Shown here piece after piece: positions 9,348 through 22,300 of a DNA stretch of 64,000 nt. The notes beneath the pieces were generated by a model that saw only the letters and a program-made list of their open reading frames with translations, was not told where the DNA came from and ran no database searches. The translations under genes were made by a program, and so were the position numbers. Numbering within the stretch: the stretch's first letter is position 1; each line of letters opens with the position of its first letter. This DNA is from a virus. The DNA is taken from IMG/VR virus record IMGVR_UViG_3300031576_000016, positions 29,579-93,578 of that record, one strand, 5' to 3'.

Positions 9348-10238
9348 ATGGCCGACCAAAAGAAAATCGAGAACAAGAAAAACTTCAAGGTCACCGTCGA
9401 TGACAAGGAACTCAACCTTGCCGTGCGCCGGCCGGACAACAAAGCCCGCCAAGGCGGACAACAGGTCTACAATCGAGCGTTCCGCCAGGCAATCGAGTCC
9501 GGCGCAATCGTTCGAGCCCGCATCGAAGCGGTGATGCGCGACCAGAACCTATGGGACGACGCCCGCCAGAAGCGGTTCGAGGAACTCAACAAGCGATTGC
9601 TCGATTACGAACTGTCGCTGAAAAAGGGTGGTCGCAAGCTCAAGGACGCCCGCGAGATGGCCATCCAGATGCGCCGGGACCGCTGGGAACTCCGTAATCT
9701 GAACTACGACCGCAACCAACTCGACCTTCACACGGCCGAGGCTCAGGCCGAGAACGAGCGCTTCAACTACCTCGTCGCGACCTGCACGGTGTATGGTGAT
9801 ACGGGGAAGCCATACTTCAAGGACGTGGAAGATTATCTCACGAGGGATAACGACCCCGTCGCTCCTCAAGCGGCCACAACGCTTGGGAAGATGATTTATG
9901 GCCTGGACGACGACTTCGAGCACCAGTTGCCCGAAAACAAGTTTCTCAGGAAGTACAAGTTCGTCAACGACACACTGCATCTCGTTGACACGACCGGCCG
10001 TCTCATCGACGTGAATGGTCGCCTGGTGGACTCCGAAGGACGCCTCATCAACGAGAAGGGCGAACTGGTGGACACCGATGGCAACCTCCTCACCGAGGAT
10101 GGCGAGTACAAAGTCGATTTCGCGCCGTTCTTGGACGACGACGACGAACCGATTTCTGAGGACACCGACAAGAGCACCCAGGACAACGCTGCTCCTGTCG
10201 AAGACGAAGAACCCGAACCGCAAGAAGTCTCGGTCTAA
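9348..10238 (+). CDS. Probable tail assembly chaperone
   Basis: Strong RBS, last gene before the TMP. Contains 7-aa GRL[IV]D repeats and an acidic tail. Confidence 0.55.
   Translation: MADQKKIENKKNFKVTVDDKELNLAVRRPDNKARQGGQQVYNRAFRQAIESGAIVRARIEAVMRDQNLWDDARQKRFEELNKRLLDYELSLKKGGRKLKDAREMAIQMRRDRWELRNLNYDRNQLDLHTAEAQAENERFNYLVATCTVYGDTGKPYFKDVEDYLTRDNDPVAPQAATTLGKMIYGLDDDFEHQLPENKFLRKYKFVNDTLHLVDTTGRLIDVNGRLVDSEGRLINEKGELVDTDGNLLTEDGEYKVDFAPFLDDDDEPISEDTDKSTQDNAAPVEDEEPEPQEVSV
9982..10110 (+). repeat. About six 7-aa repeats (LVDTTGR, LIDVNGR, LVDSEGR, LINEKGE, LVDTDGN, LLTEDGE)
   Basis: Read directly from the translation. Confidence 0.8.
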
Positions 10239-10273
10239 TCTCCCCGCCGGATAGTCACGCTCACAAGCAATGG

Positions 10274-10320
10274 AAAGGGCAGCTTCGCCTCAGACAAGGT
10301 GCGCAGCTGCCCTTTTTTTT
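10274..10320 (+). terminator. Terminator-like hairpin before the TMP
   Basis: AAAGGGCAGCT...AGCTGCCCTTT stem with a long loop, followed by a T8 run. Confidence 0.6.
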
Positions 10321-10332
10321 ATTGGGTAACCA

Positions 10333-13300
10333 ATGGCTGATTTCAACATTGTTGCGAGACTTCAGATTCAGCTTCAAGCTGGGTCTGCGGCGGCTGCGGT
10401 GCAGCAGCTTCAACAGCAGCTGCGCAACGCGAACCTGTCGCTCGCCTTCGGCCTCCAGCCGCAAGCTCTTGGTGGTCTCAACAACCTCAACCAGGGGCTT
10501 CGCGCGACTCAGGCTGCGGCCTCAGCAACCTCCTCCTCTCTGCGCAGTACCACCCAGGTCATCAATGATGGCTCCACGGCCATCGAACGCTTTGGGGCTC
10601 AAGCCGGGCTCGCCGCTCGCCGCTTCATTGCCTTCACCGTAGGCGCGTCTACCATTGTGAAAGTCGCGCAAGCCTTTCGAGAAGGTATTGCGGCCGGTAT
10701 TGATTTCAACCGCACGATGGTGAAGATTGCCCAGGTTGGCGGCGACACCAAGGGGCAGTTGGCTGAGCTTGCGTCAGAAGTGACCAGGCTCTCGACTACC
10801 TGGGGCATCTCGTCCAAAGAGCTTGCTAACGCGGCACTCGTTTTCAAGCAGGCCGGCTTGTCGGCTCAAGAAGTCAAGGGCCATCTTGAGACCCTTGCCC
10901 TCACGGACCTCGCGCCAAACTTCGAGTCGATGGCTCAGACGGCCGAAGGTCAAATCGCCATCTGGCGTCAATTCGGCACCAACGTAGACCAAACGCGCGA
11001 AGCCCTTGGTGCAGCCAACGCGGTTGCCGGCGGCTTTGCCGTTGAGTCGCGCGACCTTATCGAAGCCGTCCGCAAATCCGGCGGTGCGTTCAAGGCAGCT
11101 GGCGGCAGCTTCAACGAGTTCATTTCTCTGTTCACAGCCGTGCGTAGCACGACACGAGAATCGGCCGCTGAAATCGCGACCGGTATGCGGACAATCTTCA
11201 CCCGCATTCAGCGTCCTCAGACTGTTGAGTCGCTCCGCGAACTCGGCGTGAATTTGCGGTACACAGCGGATGAAGCCAAGAATCTTGGTCGTGCCGACCT
11301 CGAAAATCAGTTCGTTGGTCCATATGAAGCCGTGAGCCGCTTGAACGAGGCACTGCGGGACATTCCGACCACGGACCCGCGCTTCTTGCAGGTCATCGAG
11401 CAGCTTGGCGGCTATCGTCAGGTCAGCCGTGTTCTGCCGATGATTCTCCAGTTCAGTGAGGCTCAGAAGGCCCTGAACGTCGCTCAAACCGGCAGCCTGT
11501 CCCTGACAGCGGCAGCCGAGAAGTCTCAGGAATCGCTTGGCCGTCGCTTGAGCCAGGTCAACGAAGAGTTCCTTGGCTTCATGCGAAGCATCGTGGAGAG
11601 CAAGGGTTTCCAGAGCTTTGTGCGGTTCTCCCTGGACCTTGCCAGCGCACTCATCAAGGTCCTGGATGTGGCTCGGCCACTTATCCCGGTCATCACCACG
11701 CTCGCCGCAGTCCGTATCGCACAGAATTTCGGCCAGACGGCCGGCGGCTTCCTCTCGCACTTCATCGGCACGGCCCCGGGCAGCTTCACTCCGAAAAAGG
11801 TTGAACCTGGCGTTCGCTTCGCCAAGGGCGGTTATGTTCCCGGCTCGGGAGCTACCGACTCGGTCGCGGCTCACGTCATGCCGGGCGAACACGTCACCAA
11901 GAAAGATTCGACGCAGTCGGTTGACCGCCGGTATCCTGGCTTCTTGACAGCCATGAACCAGGGGGGCGACATTGGCGTCGAGAACTATTTCCGACATCGT
12001 TTTGCCGATGGCGGCGAAGCCCGCCAAGGGTTCGGCTTTGGTGACACGGTCAAGTCACTTCTCGCGAATAGCGTTCTCGGCCTTGGACTGCTAACAGGCG
12101 TTGATTCCGGTGACGCCTACGAAGTCGCAAAACAGCGAAGTGGCGAACAAGTCGAGCACGTCCAGAAAAGCCTTCAGGAAGACGAGAAGAAGAAGCGCCA
12201 AATCAAGCAAGCTTTCGGCGGCGAGACGCCGCGTCAGCGCTTCGGCTTTGGTGACAGCGTCAAGAAGTGGCTCTCGACCGGAATCTTGGCAGCCGGCTCG
12301 CTCGTTGGTGGTCACGGCCTGGACGACCAGGTTTCTGTTGGCCAACAGGAAAAGCGCGACCGCATCGAGAATGTGAAGGAGTCGCTTGAAGAAGAGCTTC
12401 GTCGCAAGAACAAGAAGAAGCCTCAGAAGCTCGGCAAGGGCGGTACGCCCGACCTGGTTGCCGCCGATGGCTCGATGGTTCTGCCTCTCATCGAGAAGCA
12501 CTTCGACGATGTCAAGCAAGACGACCGTGGTCGCTATGTTACAAAACAAAACAATCGCGATGTGTTCTTCGAGTACATGCCAAAAATCAACGCCCTGAAG
12601 ATTGACTTCTTGCAGGACGGCATCGGCGACTTCAAGCACACGAACAAGTCTCTCCAGAAGGGCACACTGTCCTTCCTGCGCAATCTCCAGGGCGTTGCCA
12701 AATCTGCTGGCCAAAAGGTATTCGGCATTGTTGCGGCGGGCTCGGAACAAAAGCGCTCGAAGATTTACAAAGAGGGTCTTGAAAAGCTCGGCTTTGTCGC
12801 AGACGACACGTGGTCGGAATACTACAAGAAAGCCGCCTTCGGCGGCGAGATGCGGCTGGCCAAGGGCGGCGATGACATCTTCAGCAAGTTGCCGAAGTAT
12901 CCAAAAGAGGATGAGTCTGAGCTTCCGCCACAATACGGCAACCCAATCAATGAGTTCATACAGAAGAAAACTGGCCTAAGTAAGAAAGAGATAACTGCCG
13001 CTGCTCTTGCCGGGAGCGTTGCCGCTAATGGACTCCTAGCTGCCACTAGCATGTGGATTCCAGGTTCGCAGCCGGTTGCTACCGGCATTACTGCTCTTGG
13101 AATCGCTGGTGTCAAGAAGTTACTGAAAAAGCGCCGTGGCTTTGCTGGCGGTCTGGATGTCATGCCAGATGGTCAGCATGAGTCGCTTCGTAATCTGTAC
13201 GACCAGGTCAAGGAATACGCAGAGACGCGATTCAGTGCTCACGCTGGCAGCCCGGAAAGCGACCAGAAGAAGAGCAAGGCAACCATCGCTCACATTCGCC

Positions 13301-16300
13301 GCCTGGCGGCTGCTACACTCAGCAGGAAGGAAGTGTTGCAGCGTATCCCGGCCGGCTCCTCGATTGCTGGCATCGGTGCCTTCGGTGTGGCTATCAAGAC
13401 GCCCGATGGCGACGTGATTCGCGCTCAGGCCGACAAAGCACCGGACCTCGCAAACAAATACGCCGCTGAGATTGGACGCAAGCCGTTCAAGCCTTGGCAG
13501 TACGCAACCGCTCGCCCGCCTATTGATGAAGTGTTGCAGCCGACAGCCACGATGACTGTCAAGAAGGGTGAACGCTCAACGTTCATGGAGCGTCTGCCTT
13601 ATGTGACGCCGCTCACCGAGCTTCCTCACCATCAGCAGGAAGAAGCTCATGAGAAGGCCCAGGCAGAACTGTTGCCGTCGATGGCCAAAAAGGGCTGGAT
13701 GCTTACTGACAAGCACAAGGGCAACCTAGCGGTTGACAAGGCCGGCCGGTTCATCGCGCTTGACCCGGCGACTGCCAAAAAGATGAATGAGGACCAGCAG
13801 TCGCGGCTTCTCAGGATTCTCGCTTCAGACAAAGCGGTTGCTACTGGCCTGCCAGGGGCTCAGGTCGATGAGTCTACGATTCACGACCCGCGTCTGAGTG
13901 TTAGCCCGCCAAGTCCAACAGTGCAGACGCGCGGTCGTAAAAAGTTCGACATCGGCGGCGAAGCCGCTTTGCCGGAAGCAATGAAGTTGTTGCAACAACG
14001 CTTCCAGACTTTCGACGTGTCGCGTATTGCTGAGAACGTGACGTTTCACGACAAGATTCCATCGAAGACTTTCCCAGAGCGTGGCGCGATTGGTAAGTTT
14101 TATCCGGAGACGGATGAAATTGCCCTTTCTCGCCAGTTGAAGTCTCCGCGCCTTCTTGCAAAGACGCTGCTTCATGAATTCGTTCATAGGATTGATTACG
14201 ACGAGGGCACGCAAAAGCGGCATGGCTCTCGCGACAAAAAGTCTGTTCCCGGCAAGTTGGCTGCGCAGCTTCAGCCTGCATGGTCTGAAATGGCGATGCA
14301 GAGATATTTCAAGGGTAAGACCAAGGAACAGTTGACTCCGAAGGAACAAGAGTCGCTGGCATATCTGACGGCTCCACATGAAGTTCTTGCCTACATGGTC
14401 TCGGACGTGGCCACTCGGGACAAGGACCAGGTTCCTGAAGAACATGAAAAGGCTGTGCAGACACTGCTCAGGCGTCACCTACCGGCTCGGCAACCGCAGA
14501 AGTACGAACGTGGCGGATGGGTTGTCCCTGGCGAAGGCAACACTGACTCCTTTCCTGCTGACCTTGCTCAGGGTTCGTATGTCATCCGGAAGTCCTCGGT
14601 TCAAAAGCTCGGCGCGTCCAACATCCTGAAGATGGCAACCGGCGGCACTGTCCCGGCATTGCTCATGCCTGGCGAGGTTGTTATTCCGCCAGGTAAGGCT
14701 CGTCAAATCGGTCGTCACGCTCTGACCGAGATGAACCTTCACGGCCGTATGCCGTTCGCTCAGGGCGGCTTTGTGCGGATGGCAACTGGCGACCAGGTGC
14801 CGAAACAGGAGACTGTCAAGGTCGGCGCGCTACCTGAACGTTTTCAGGATGACGTTGAAAGGATGTTTCGTGGACTTGGTGCCAAGGTTCAGAAGCCACT
14901 GCATGAACTTGAAGTGGTCATTGAGCGGTTCGGCAAGAACATTGTCCGCGTTGTGAAGATTGTCGATGTGGCTGTCACTTCTACCGCGTTGCCAAAATCG
15001 GCAGCTTCTGCTGCTACGACTCCAGCAACCAAGCCACAAACAGTGCCTGCGCTGCAAATAGTCCGGGACCTGAAAGCTCACTTGATTGCTCAGGCTGAGG
15101 CGGGTGGTAAGTCTGGCAAGCTTTCTTCCGAGCAGGTTGAGAAGCGCAAGGCTCGCTATGACAAAATGCTCAGTGAGGAAAATCCAGAACGGTCGCTAGA
15201 AAAGTATGCCAAGTTTCAAACGAAGGCCCCGTCCTTCAGTGGTTACTTGGACAAGCGAGACCGCAAGCAAGCTGCCGAGGACCTGAAGAGCACCATCTAT
15301 ACGTCGTACCTGGAGACTGGCACGACTAGCAAATACAAGAGCGCCAAAACTCCCGAAGAACGTGGTCGCGTGTTAGCTACGGCTGTGCCAAAGTACATTC
15401 GTCAAAATCTTGCCGATTTTGAGGGTGGTACTGAGACTGGTCGCAGCTATGAGACTGCGAAGAAGACTCGTGGCCTAGAGAGTCAATATCAAAAGGCGCT
15501 GAGGACACAGTCGCCAGAAGAAGCTTTGAAGTCGGTTGTTTATCAGGCAACAGCAAAGCGCATCCAGTATGAAGAAAGCTCTCGTCAAAATAAGGGTAAA
15601 GCGCCACGAACCCAAAAAGAGCTTCAAGCTGCAATTGAGGAACGATACCAGACGCGCATGGGCAAGTATGATGCCCACGACTTTGAGGGGCCGGCTGCGG
15701 ATGTGGCTCGCGCAAAACTGTTCGGGCACAAAGACCATATCAAACGCGGTGCCGAGGAAGCTTCTGCACGTACCGGCAAAAGCGTTGACGAAACCAGGGT
15801 CGATAGTCTTGAAGCACTCCATAGTAGCCTTGGCGATAGTTCTCAGGCTGCGGCCATTTATCGTCAGCAACAAACCACCGGTCTCCAAAGCCAACTAAAG
15901 CGCGGTAAAATCAGCCAGGCTACTTTTGAAAAGCGAGTGGCCAAGCTCGATTCTCTAAGCGACGATAAGGCATCGAAACTATTACTGTATACCAGGGATG
16001 GTACGCTGCGCGAGAAGGTTGGCAAGCAGCTTGCTGCCGCCGGCATTACCGCCGGTAAGACTCCTCAAGAGACTCGGGAGAACATTGGTAAACGCCTCCA
16101 GGAAATGAAGGGAGAGTTGGAGGCTGCTAAGCCGACAACGGTTCCCGAAGTTGCCGGTCGCGGCCTCACGCCGGAAGAGAAGCGTAAGCGACTCGTTGAC
16201 CAAGAAGTTCGCGGTGCGACCCTAGAGTCCGACTTGACTCCAAGCAAAGCCGACTTGAAGGAGTTGCGCAAGGACCCGGCCTTTGTAAAACAAGAGAAGC

Positions 16301-19300
16301 AAGACGCTGCACCATCAGCCCCGGAGAAAGCCTGGACTCAGCCAGCAGCCGCCGCCCAGACTGTTGCCCTTCCTACTAAGGTGGACGCGGTCAAAAAGTC
16401 TGTGCCTCGACCGACCGATAGGCAGCAACTTGAACGTCGCCTGAACGAACTCGAAGGCGTGGATGTTCCTTCTGCGCACGAGATGAAGGAAATTGCCGAC
16501 ATCCATCGGCAGTTGAAGAATCAGAAGACACCGGTTCCGCCACAACAACAGACCGGACGTGGCCGCGTTCGCGATACGCTTGCTCCGAGTGACCTACGTG
16601 ACATCCAGGAACAGACAAAGGACCTGGTTGTGCCCGAGGCCGCGATTTCGTCTGCCTCCGATAAGCTCAAGGCAGGGCCTACCGCTCAGGTCGCACGACA
16701 AGAACGCGAAGCTCGCGATAAGAAGCCGTCGCCAATCATTTTGCCTGGTGACCAACCGGCTGGTCCGCCGCGTCCGCTCTTCATTCCTGGTCAGACACAG
16801 GCGCAGCCTGATGCAAAGGTTTTCACAAGCGAAGCTGACTTCCGCCGCAGTCAGCAACCTTCTGCCAAAATTGTTACTGGCGATGAGACTCCGGTTCCAT
16901 CGCTGGTTCAACCGACTCGGGAAGAAGTCAAAAAGTATGGTCGTTCTGCTGCTGGCCCGACTGCGGTTGCAGCAGCAGCTAAACAGCCTCGTGACATTCG
17001 TCGCATTATGGACAAGTTGGCCACTTCCGGTTTGGTTGAAGACTTGGAAGTGCCTGGTAAGGGTGCTGACCCACGAGCCAAGAAGGGGCTTCTTCGTTAT
17101 CTGAAGCAGTATGGCGAAGAGATTGAGAAGGCTGGCAAAGGCACTTTGTCGCGTCGTCTTCAGAAGCTTGCTCGCAAGGCACCAGATTGGCAACCAAGCT
17201 TGCGTGGTATTCTGCCAGCCCCAGAAGAGGACACTACCACGTTTTCGTTCGCTGAGGAAGCGGCTGCCGCCACAAAGTCCAAGCCTCGCCCAAGCAAGAA
17301 GACCAAGGAACTGGACTTGGCGGTTGGCTACAAAGAGCCAAAGGTTGAATTTACGTTCCCTGAAGAAAAAGCGCCGCTGCCGCTTGAAAGCGACGTGAAC
17401 CAAAAGTCGCGGCTGCGCCGTGAGCAGGAAGAGGAAGCCAAGAAGCGGCACAAGAACGCCGTGGATTTGGCATCGCAGCCAAGTCACAAATTGCAGGGGG
17501 ACGCGGCAACTGTCCCGGTCAGTCTGACAAAAGAAGAAATCATCAGTAAGACCGTTAGCGATTTTGCTCCTACGGGCGAACCGAAGGAGCCGGATGTGCC
17601 GGCAAGTCTATTTGATAAGGACAAGAAAAAGAAACAGACTTCTCGCCAAGAACATCTCAAAAAAGAGCGCCAGAGGTTCATCAAAGAAGAGGGCGTAACT
17701 GAAGAAGCGATTGCGTTTCGTGAGCGGATGCTTGACAGCACGAAGTCGCTGGATGAAGCTCGCAAGCTCATAGCCAGTCCCGAGTTTGATGGCCACGAGA
17801 AAATCAATCCTTATTTCGATGTCTACGCTCAAGAGCGTCATGGACAGAAGAAGAAAAGGAAGCCAAAGACTTGCGGCCTTGCTCCGGAACAAAGCTTCTT
17901 TGATAAGCCGACGCCGCAGCCGCGTCCGACCAGTTCGTTGCCGCCTCCTCCTTCGGGCAAGGTGCCTGAGACCTATAGTTTCGCTGGGGACCCGCCGGAG
18001 TCGAAACGGTATCACGTCGAAGGTGACCCTCTGCATCCAGCCCAACAACAGGGCGGTGAGCACCGCTCGCGCGACTTCTACCGCACGTTGTACAACAGCA
18101 CAACGGCTGGCGATACGCTTGGCTATACCAAGAAGACGCGCCGCGAACTCGCAAAAGCCAAGGATGCTCTTGACCAGGCTCGTCTCGATGCTGCCGCTGA
18201 CCCTACCGACGACAATCGGTTGCGTTTCAAAGAAGCTGGGCGGGCTTATGACAAGCTTGAGAAACAAAAGGTAGTCGTCGGCCGACGCGAAGCCGACCCG
18301 TACTACGCTCGTCGATTGCTCGACCAGGCGAAGTCGGAATTGTTGCCGCACGAATACAAGGCGTTCGAGGCAGAGACACGTCGCGTTCACCCGAACCTTG
18401 CTTCGCAGGGCGGCGACCCAACCATCTTGCGTCAGTACAAGGAAGGCAAGAGCGACGACGAAATTCGCGATAACCATTATGGACAAACTGGCAGACGAGT
18501 TGGTCTATTTGGTGGAGCCGCTATCGGTGGGGCTGTTGGCTCATTGTTTGGTCCACTCGGCACCGTTCTTGGCGGCACCATTGGCGCTGCTGTTGGTCAA
18601 AAAATCGCAAAAGCCCTGCCTGGGTCTGCGGCGTTTGAGGAATCATTAGCAGAGAAGGGGACGGGCAACGTCAGTGTCGGTCATATTGCTGAGTACAAAA
18701 CCGACAAGGAGACTGGCCAAAAGCGGCTTATTGGCGGTGACCTTCGCGAAAAAGGCCAAGCTGAACTAACCAAGTATCTGGCTGGTCGCGGTCCTGTCAG
18801 CGATGCAACAAAGCACGCCTTTGAAACTGAGGCCATCGGGCGGGCGGAAGCCCGCGTCAAACGCGAACTGATTTCCGCGCAGGAACGTTGGCTGAAAGCT
18901 GTTCATCCAAATATCTCTGCGACCGAAAAACACAAGTTGGCTCTTGAGCAAGTTGATGCTGCTCTTGCTGGGCAGGCAAAGGTTGTCAAGAGTTCAACAG
19001 GTCGCTATTTGGGCGTTGAAACAGAGCACACGAAGGCGAGCGACCTGGATAAGGCCACAGGCGCTGGTGGTGTTGGTTTCCAATTTCGCTCAGCTAAAGG
19101 TGCTATTGGCGACTGGATGGCCGATAAGTATCGTAGCTTGAAGGCTGGCTACGAAAAGTTCGAGTCGTCTAAAGCTGGTCAAGTGCTGAGTGGCGCGGGC
19201 AGCTTTTTGTCCAGTCAACCGGTTACGTTCTTGGCTCCGCTACTTGGAGGACAAATTGAACAATCGGCCGGCACCGCTGAAAATGCAGTCAAGGCTGGTG

Positions 19301-22300
19301 CTAGTGGTGAAGGCACATATACAACTCGTCGTGGAATTGGTGGCGCTGCAACGGGCGCGATTCTTGGCGCAACTGTCGGTTCTATTGCTGGTCCGATTGG
19401 TGCCGCAGTTGGTGGTGCAGCTGGCGCTCTGGTTGGATTCACAAGTGCTATCAAGGATGCTGCAAACGAAATTCGTGAAGTAAAAATTGGCAATGCGTTG
19501 ACCATTATTTCGGACCGTTTGACCACGATTGCCAATGTGCCAGTACGAACTTTGCCAGGTGGACAGGCTACTGCTGATGACCCATTGGTTCGTTCTTCGA
19601 TGGCTGACGTTCTGCGTGAACTCACTACTTCTCGCAATGAAACACTCGACAAAAACATTAGTGAATCTAGCGGCTTCTGGCGTAGTGCCGGAGCCGTGTT
19701 CGGCATCTCGAATCCGGTTGATGTTCAAGGTCTCGCCGCGCGTCAGGAATCTGCTGACCGCCAGCAGGTTTCTCAAATCCTGCCGCAGAGCACGCAAATC
19801 ATCAACCGTCAGGCCGAAGTGTTACTACGCAACAATCCGAACATTGGCGCTCGCGACGTTGCTCGACGCCTCAGCACTGAGGGTCTCACTGGCCAACTGA
19901 TTCCTCGCATTGCTCAGGCTCGCCGCGTACCACTAGAACAATACTTGGATGAGCTTGCTTTGCAGGTTGCCCAAGTCAATACTCGATTGCGTGCTGAGTT
20001 GGCGCAGCACCAGGCTCGCGAAGGCCAGGAGAAGGTTATTCATACCTTTGGCCGGCTCGTGCTGGCGGTCCAATCGGCCTCCGACAGCCTGGTCACTCTG
20101 CGGGCGCAGGCTCAGTCTATGTCGGATGTGTTCTATGGCAACGTCACGGCTACGCCGGTCACCGCTCATTCCGAAGCTCTAACTCAGCTGGGACGCCAGG
20201 ACCGTGGAGCCATTCGCCCGCTTGAAACCATCTCTCACGTCGTTGGCGATGAGCGCGGCAACCGTCTGCTTGAGCACGGCCGGGCAACTGACGATGTGGC
20301 TCGCGTTCTACCGGCTATCCTGGCTCGCGTTGGTTCGACCAACCCGCTTGAGCCGTCTGACTTCTCCCGCCAGGTGCGCGAACAACTTGTCAGCGCTTTC
20401 GGCGGTACGCCAACAGGCGGACAAAACGCCGCCATCAACACCGTTCTGTCTGAGATTCAACGTGTCGGGGCGACGGGCGGCACCGCGCAGATTTTGCGTG
20501 AGATGCAGATTGACGCGACCGAGTTCACGCAGAAGCTCATCAACCCGCTGGCTGACCCGTTGAAGAAATTTGGTCAACAAGTTGCCCAGGACCTGGAGAA
20601 GGCCGGCAAGGAGTTTACCGAGAACGTCAACGAGTTTGTTCGTCGCACTCGCGTGGCCGGCGAAAGCATGGACCGCCTGGCTGCACTCCGCGTCACCACG
20701 GCCCGGGTACGAGCCGAGGTTACGGCCCAGCAAAGCGGACGCCCGAATGATGTGCTCAGCCAACTCTCTCTGCAAACTCTTCAGAGCGGTTTGCAGTCTC
20801 GTCAAGAACGATTGACTGGCGTCGTCGGTCCGGCAGCGAGCAACCCAGACTTCATCGGTCGCCAGCTTCAGACTGTTCGCGCTCGTATCAACGAAGCGAC
20901 CCATCGCCAGCAGGAAACCTTTGAACTGACCGGCGGACGCGGGCCTGCTTATGAAGCAGCAGCGCTTCAGTTGGCTCGGTTGAAGGACCAAGCAGCCAAT
21001 TTGCAAAATGCTCTCAAGCACCTGGCTGACGTGTCCGAGAGGAACGCAGCTGCGCAGGAAAAGTTGGGGGCACTCAAACAAGAAGCTGATGCTCGCATTG
21101 GCCTCGGCGAACGCTACCTGCGTGCTGACGGCGAAGAGATGATGCGGCTCAATCGCGGCAGCCTCCTGGTCAACCAGGCATACAGCCGGCCGCAAGGTCA
21201 GCGCGGCCTGGACAACCTATCGGTTGAAGACCGTCGTCTCGCCCTGGATTGGGTCGGGGCTGCACGTGGCACACGTCTACAAGGCTTCCAAGGAAGCCCG
21301 CTGGCTGATGACGTTCATCGCACGCTCATTCAAGAGAGTGCTGGCGGTGCGTTCAACTTGACCGCTGGTCAACAGAACGAGATGCAAGAGTTGCAGCGTG
21401 TCCTATTGGCAAATGCAGCTACTGCGGAGCAGGCTCAGAACCAACTCATCACATTCCAGCGTGAGTCGGCTGGTGAGTTTTTCCAGAACCTAACTCAGCA
21501 ACACGAGCAGTTTTTCAGTCGTCTTGAACAGACGCTCGCACGCGACCGTCTCTTTGAACAACAAAATCGTTTGAATGAAGTGGCAACTCAGCAGGCTTCG
21601 CTTCAGGGTTTGAATACGAATCGCGAAACTCTGCAACGAGCCGGCGTCACCAACGATGACCAAGTTCGCAATTTGCGCAGCAATCGCGGCCTTGTTAGCG
21701 AATACATGGGTCGCGTAAGCGAAGTACAAGCTTTGCGCCAAAGGTCAAGTAATCCGAGTGGCGCTGCCGATATTTTCGAGCGCACTTATGGCGACCGTCT
21801 TGGTTCGCAATTCTCTGATGCTGGCGGATGGGGAATCAACATTGGGCAAATGGGCCTTAGTTCTGGTTCCATAGGTCGCCTAACCGAGAATGTGCGAAAC
21901 ACCACAGGGTTCACGCCTGAGCAAACTCAAAGGGTTATCTCTAGGTTCTTGCAGCGTTCTGAAAACATAACTGGCCAAACTGGTAGTGCCAACACCAGAA
22001 GTGCTGTTACTGCAAACATCGAGGAGGCTATTCGTCGCGAACAGGCTTTGCAGTCGCAGGAAGCGCAGCAACGCTTGGCACCACTAGAGAATAACCTTCG
22101 CGGACGCCAAATCAACGTTGGTGGTCTGTCGCAGGCTGCGGCAAGTGGCAACTCAAACGCTCTGCTCCAGGCTATCGACTCATTTGATGGCGTTTCCAAC
22201 TCCTTCACAACGCTGGATACGCGCATCCAGAATACCGCAGCGTCGTTCATCAATCTATCGAATAGTGTTCGCACGCTTCAGACGCGCGTTGACAATAACA

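Noticed and set aside
7670-10332. Programmed -1 frameshift in tail assembly chaperones
   Set aside because: I found no convincing slippery site with an overlapping extension frame; the genes have their own starts.
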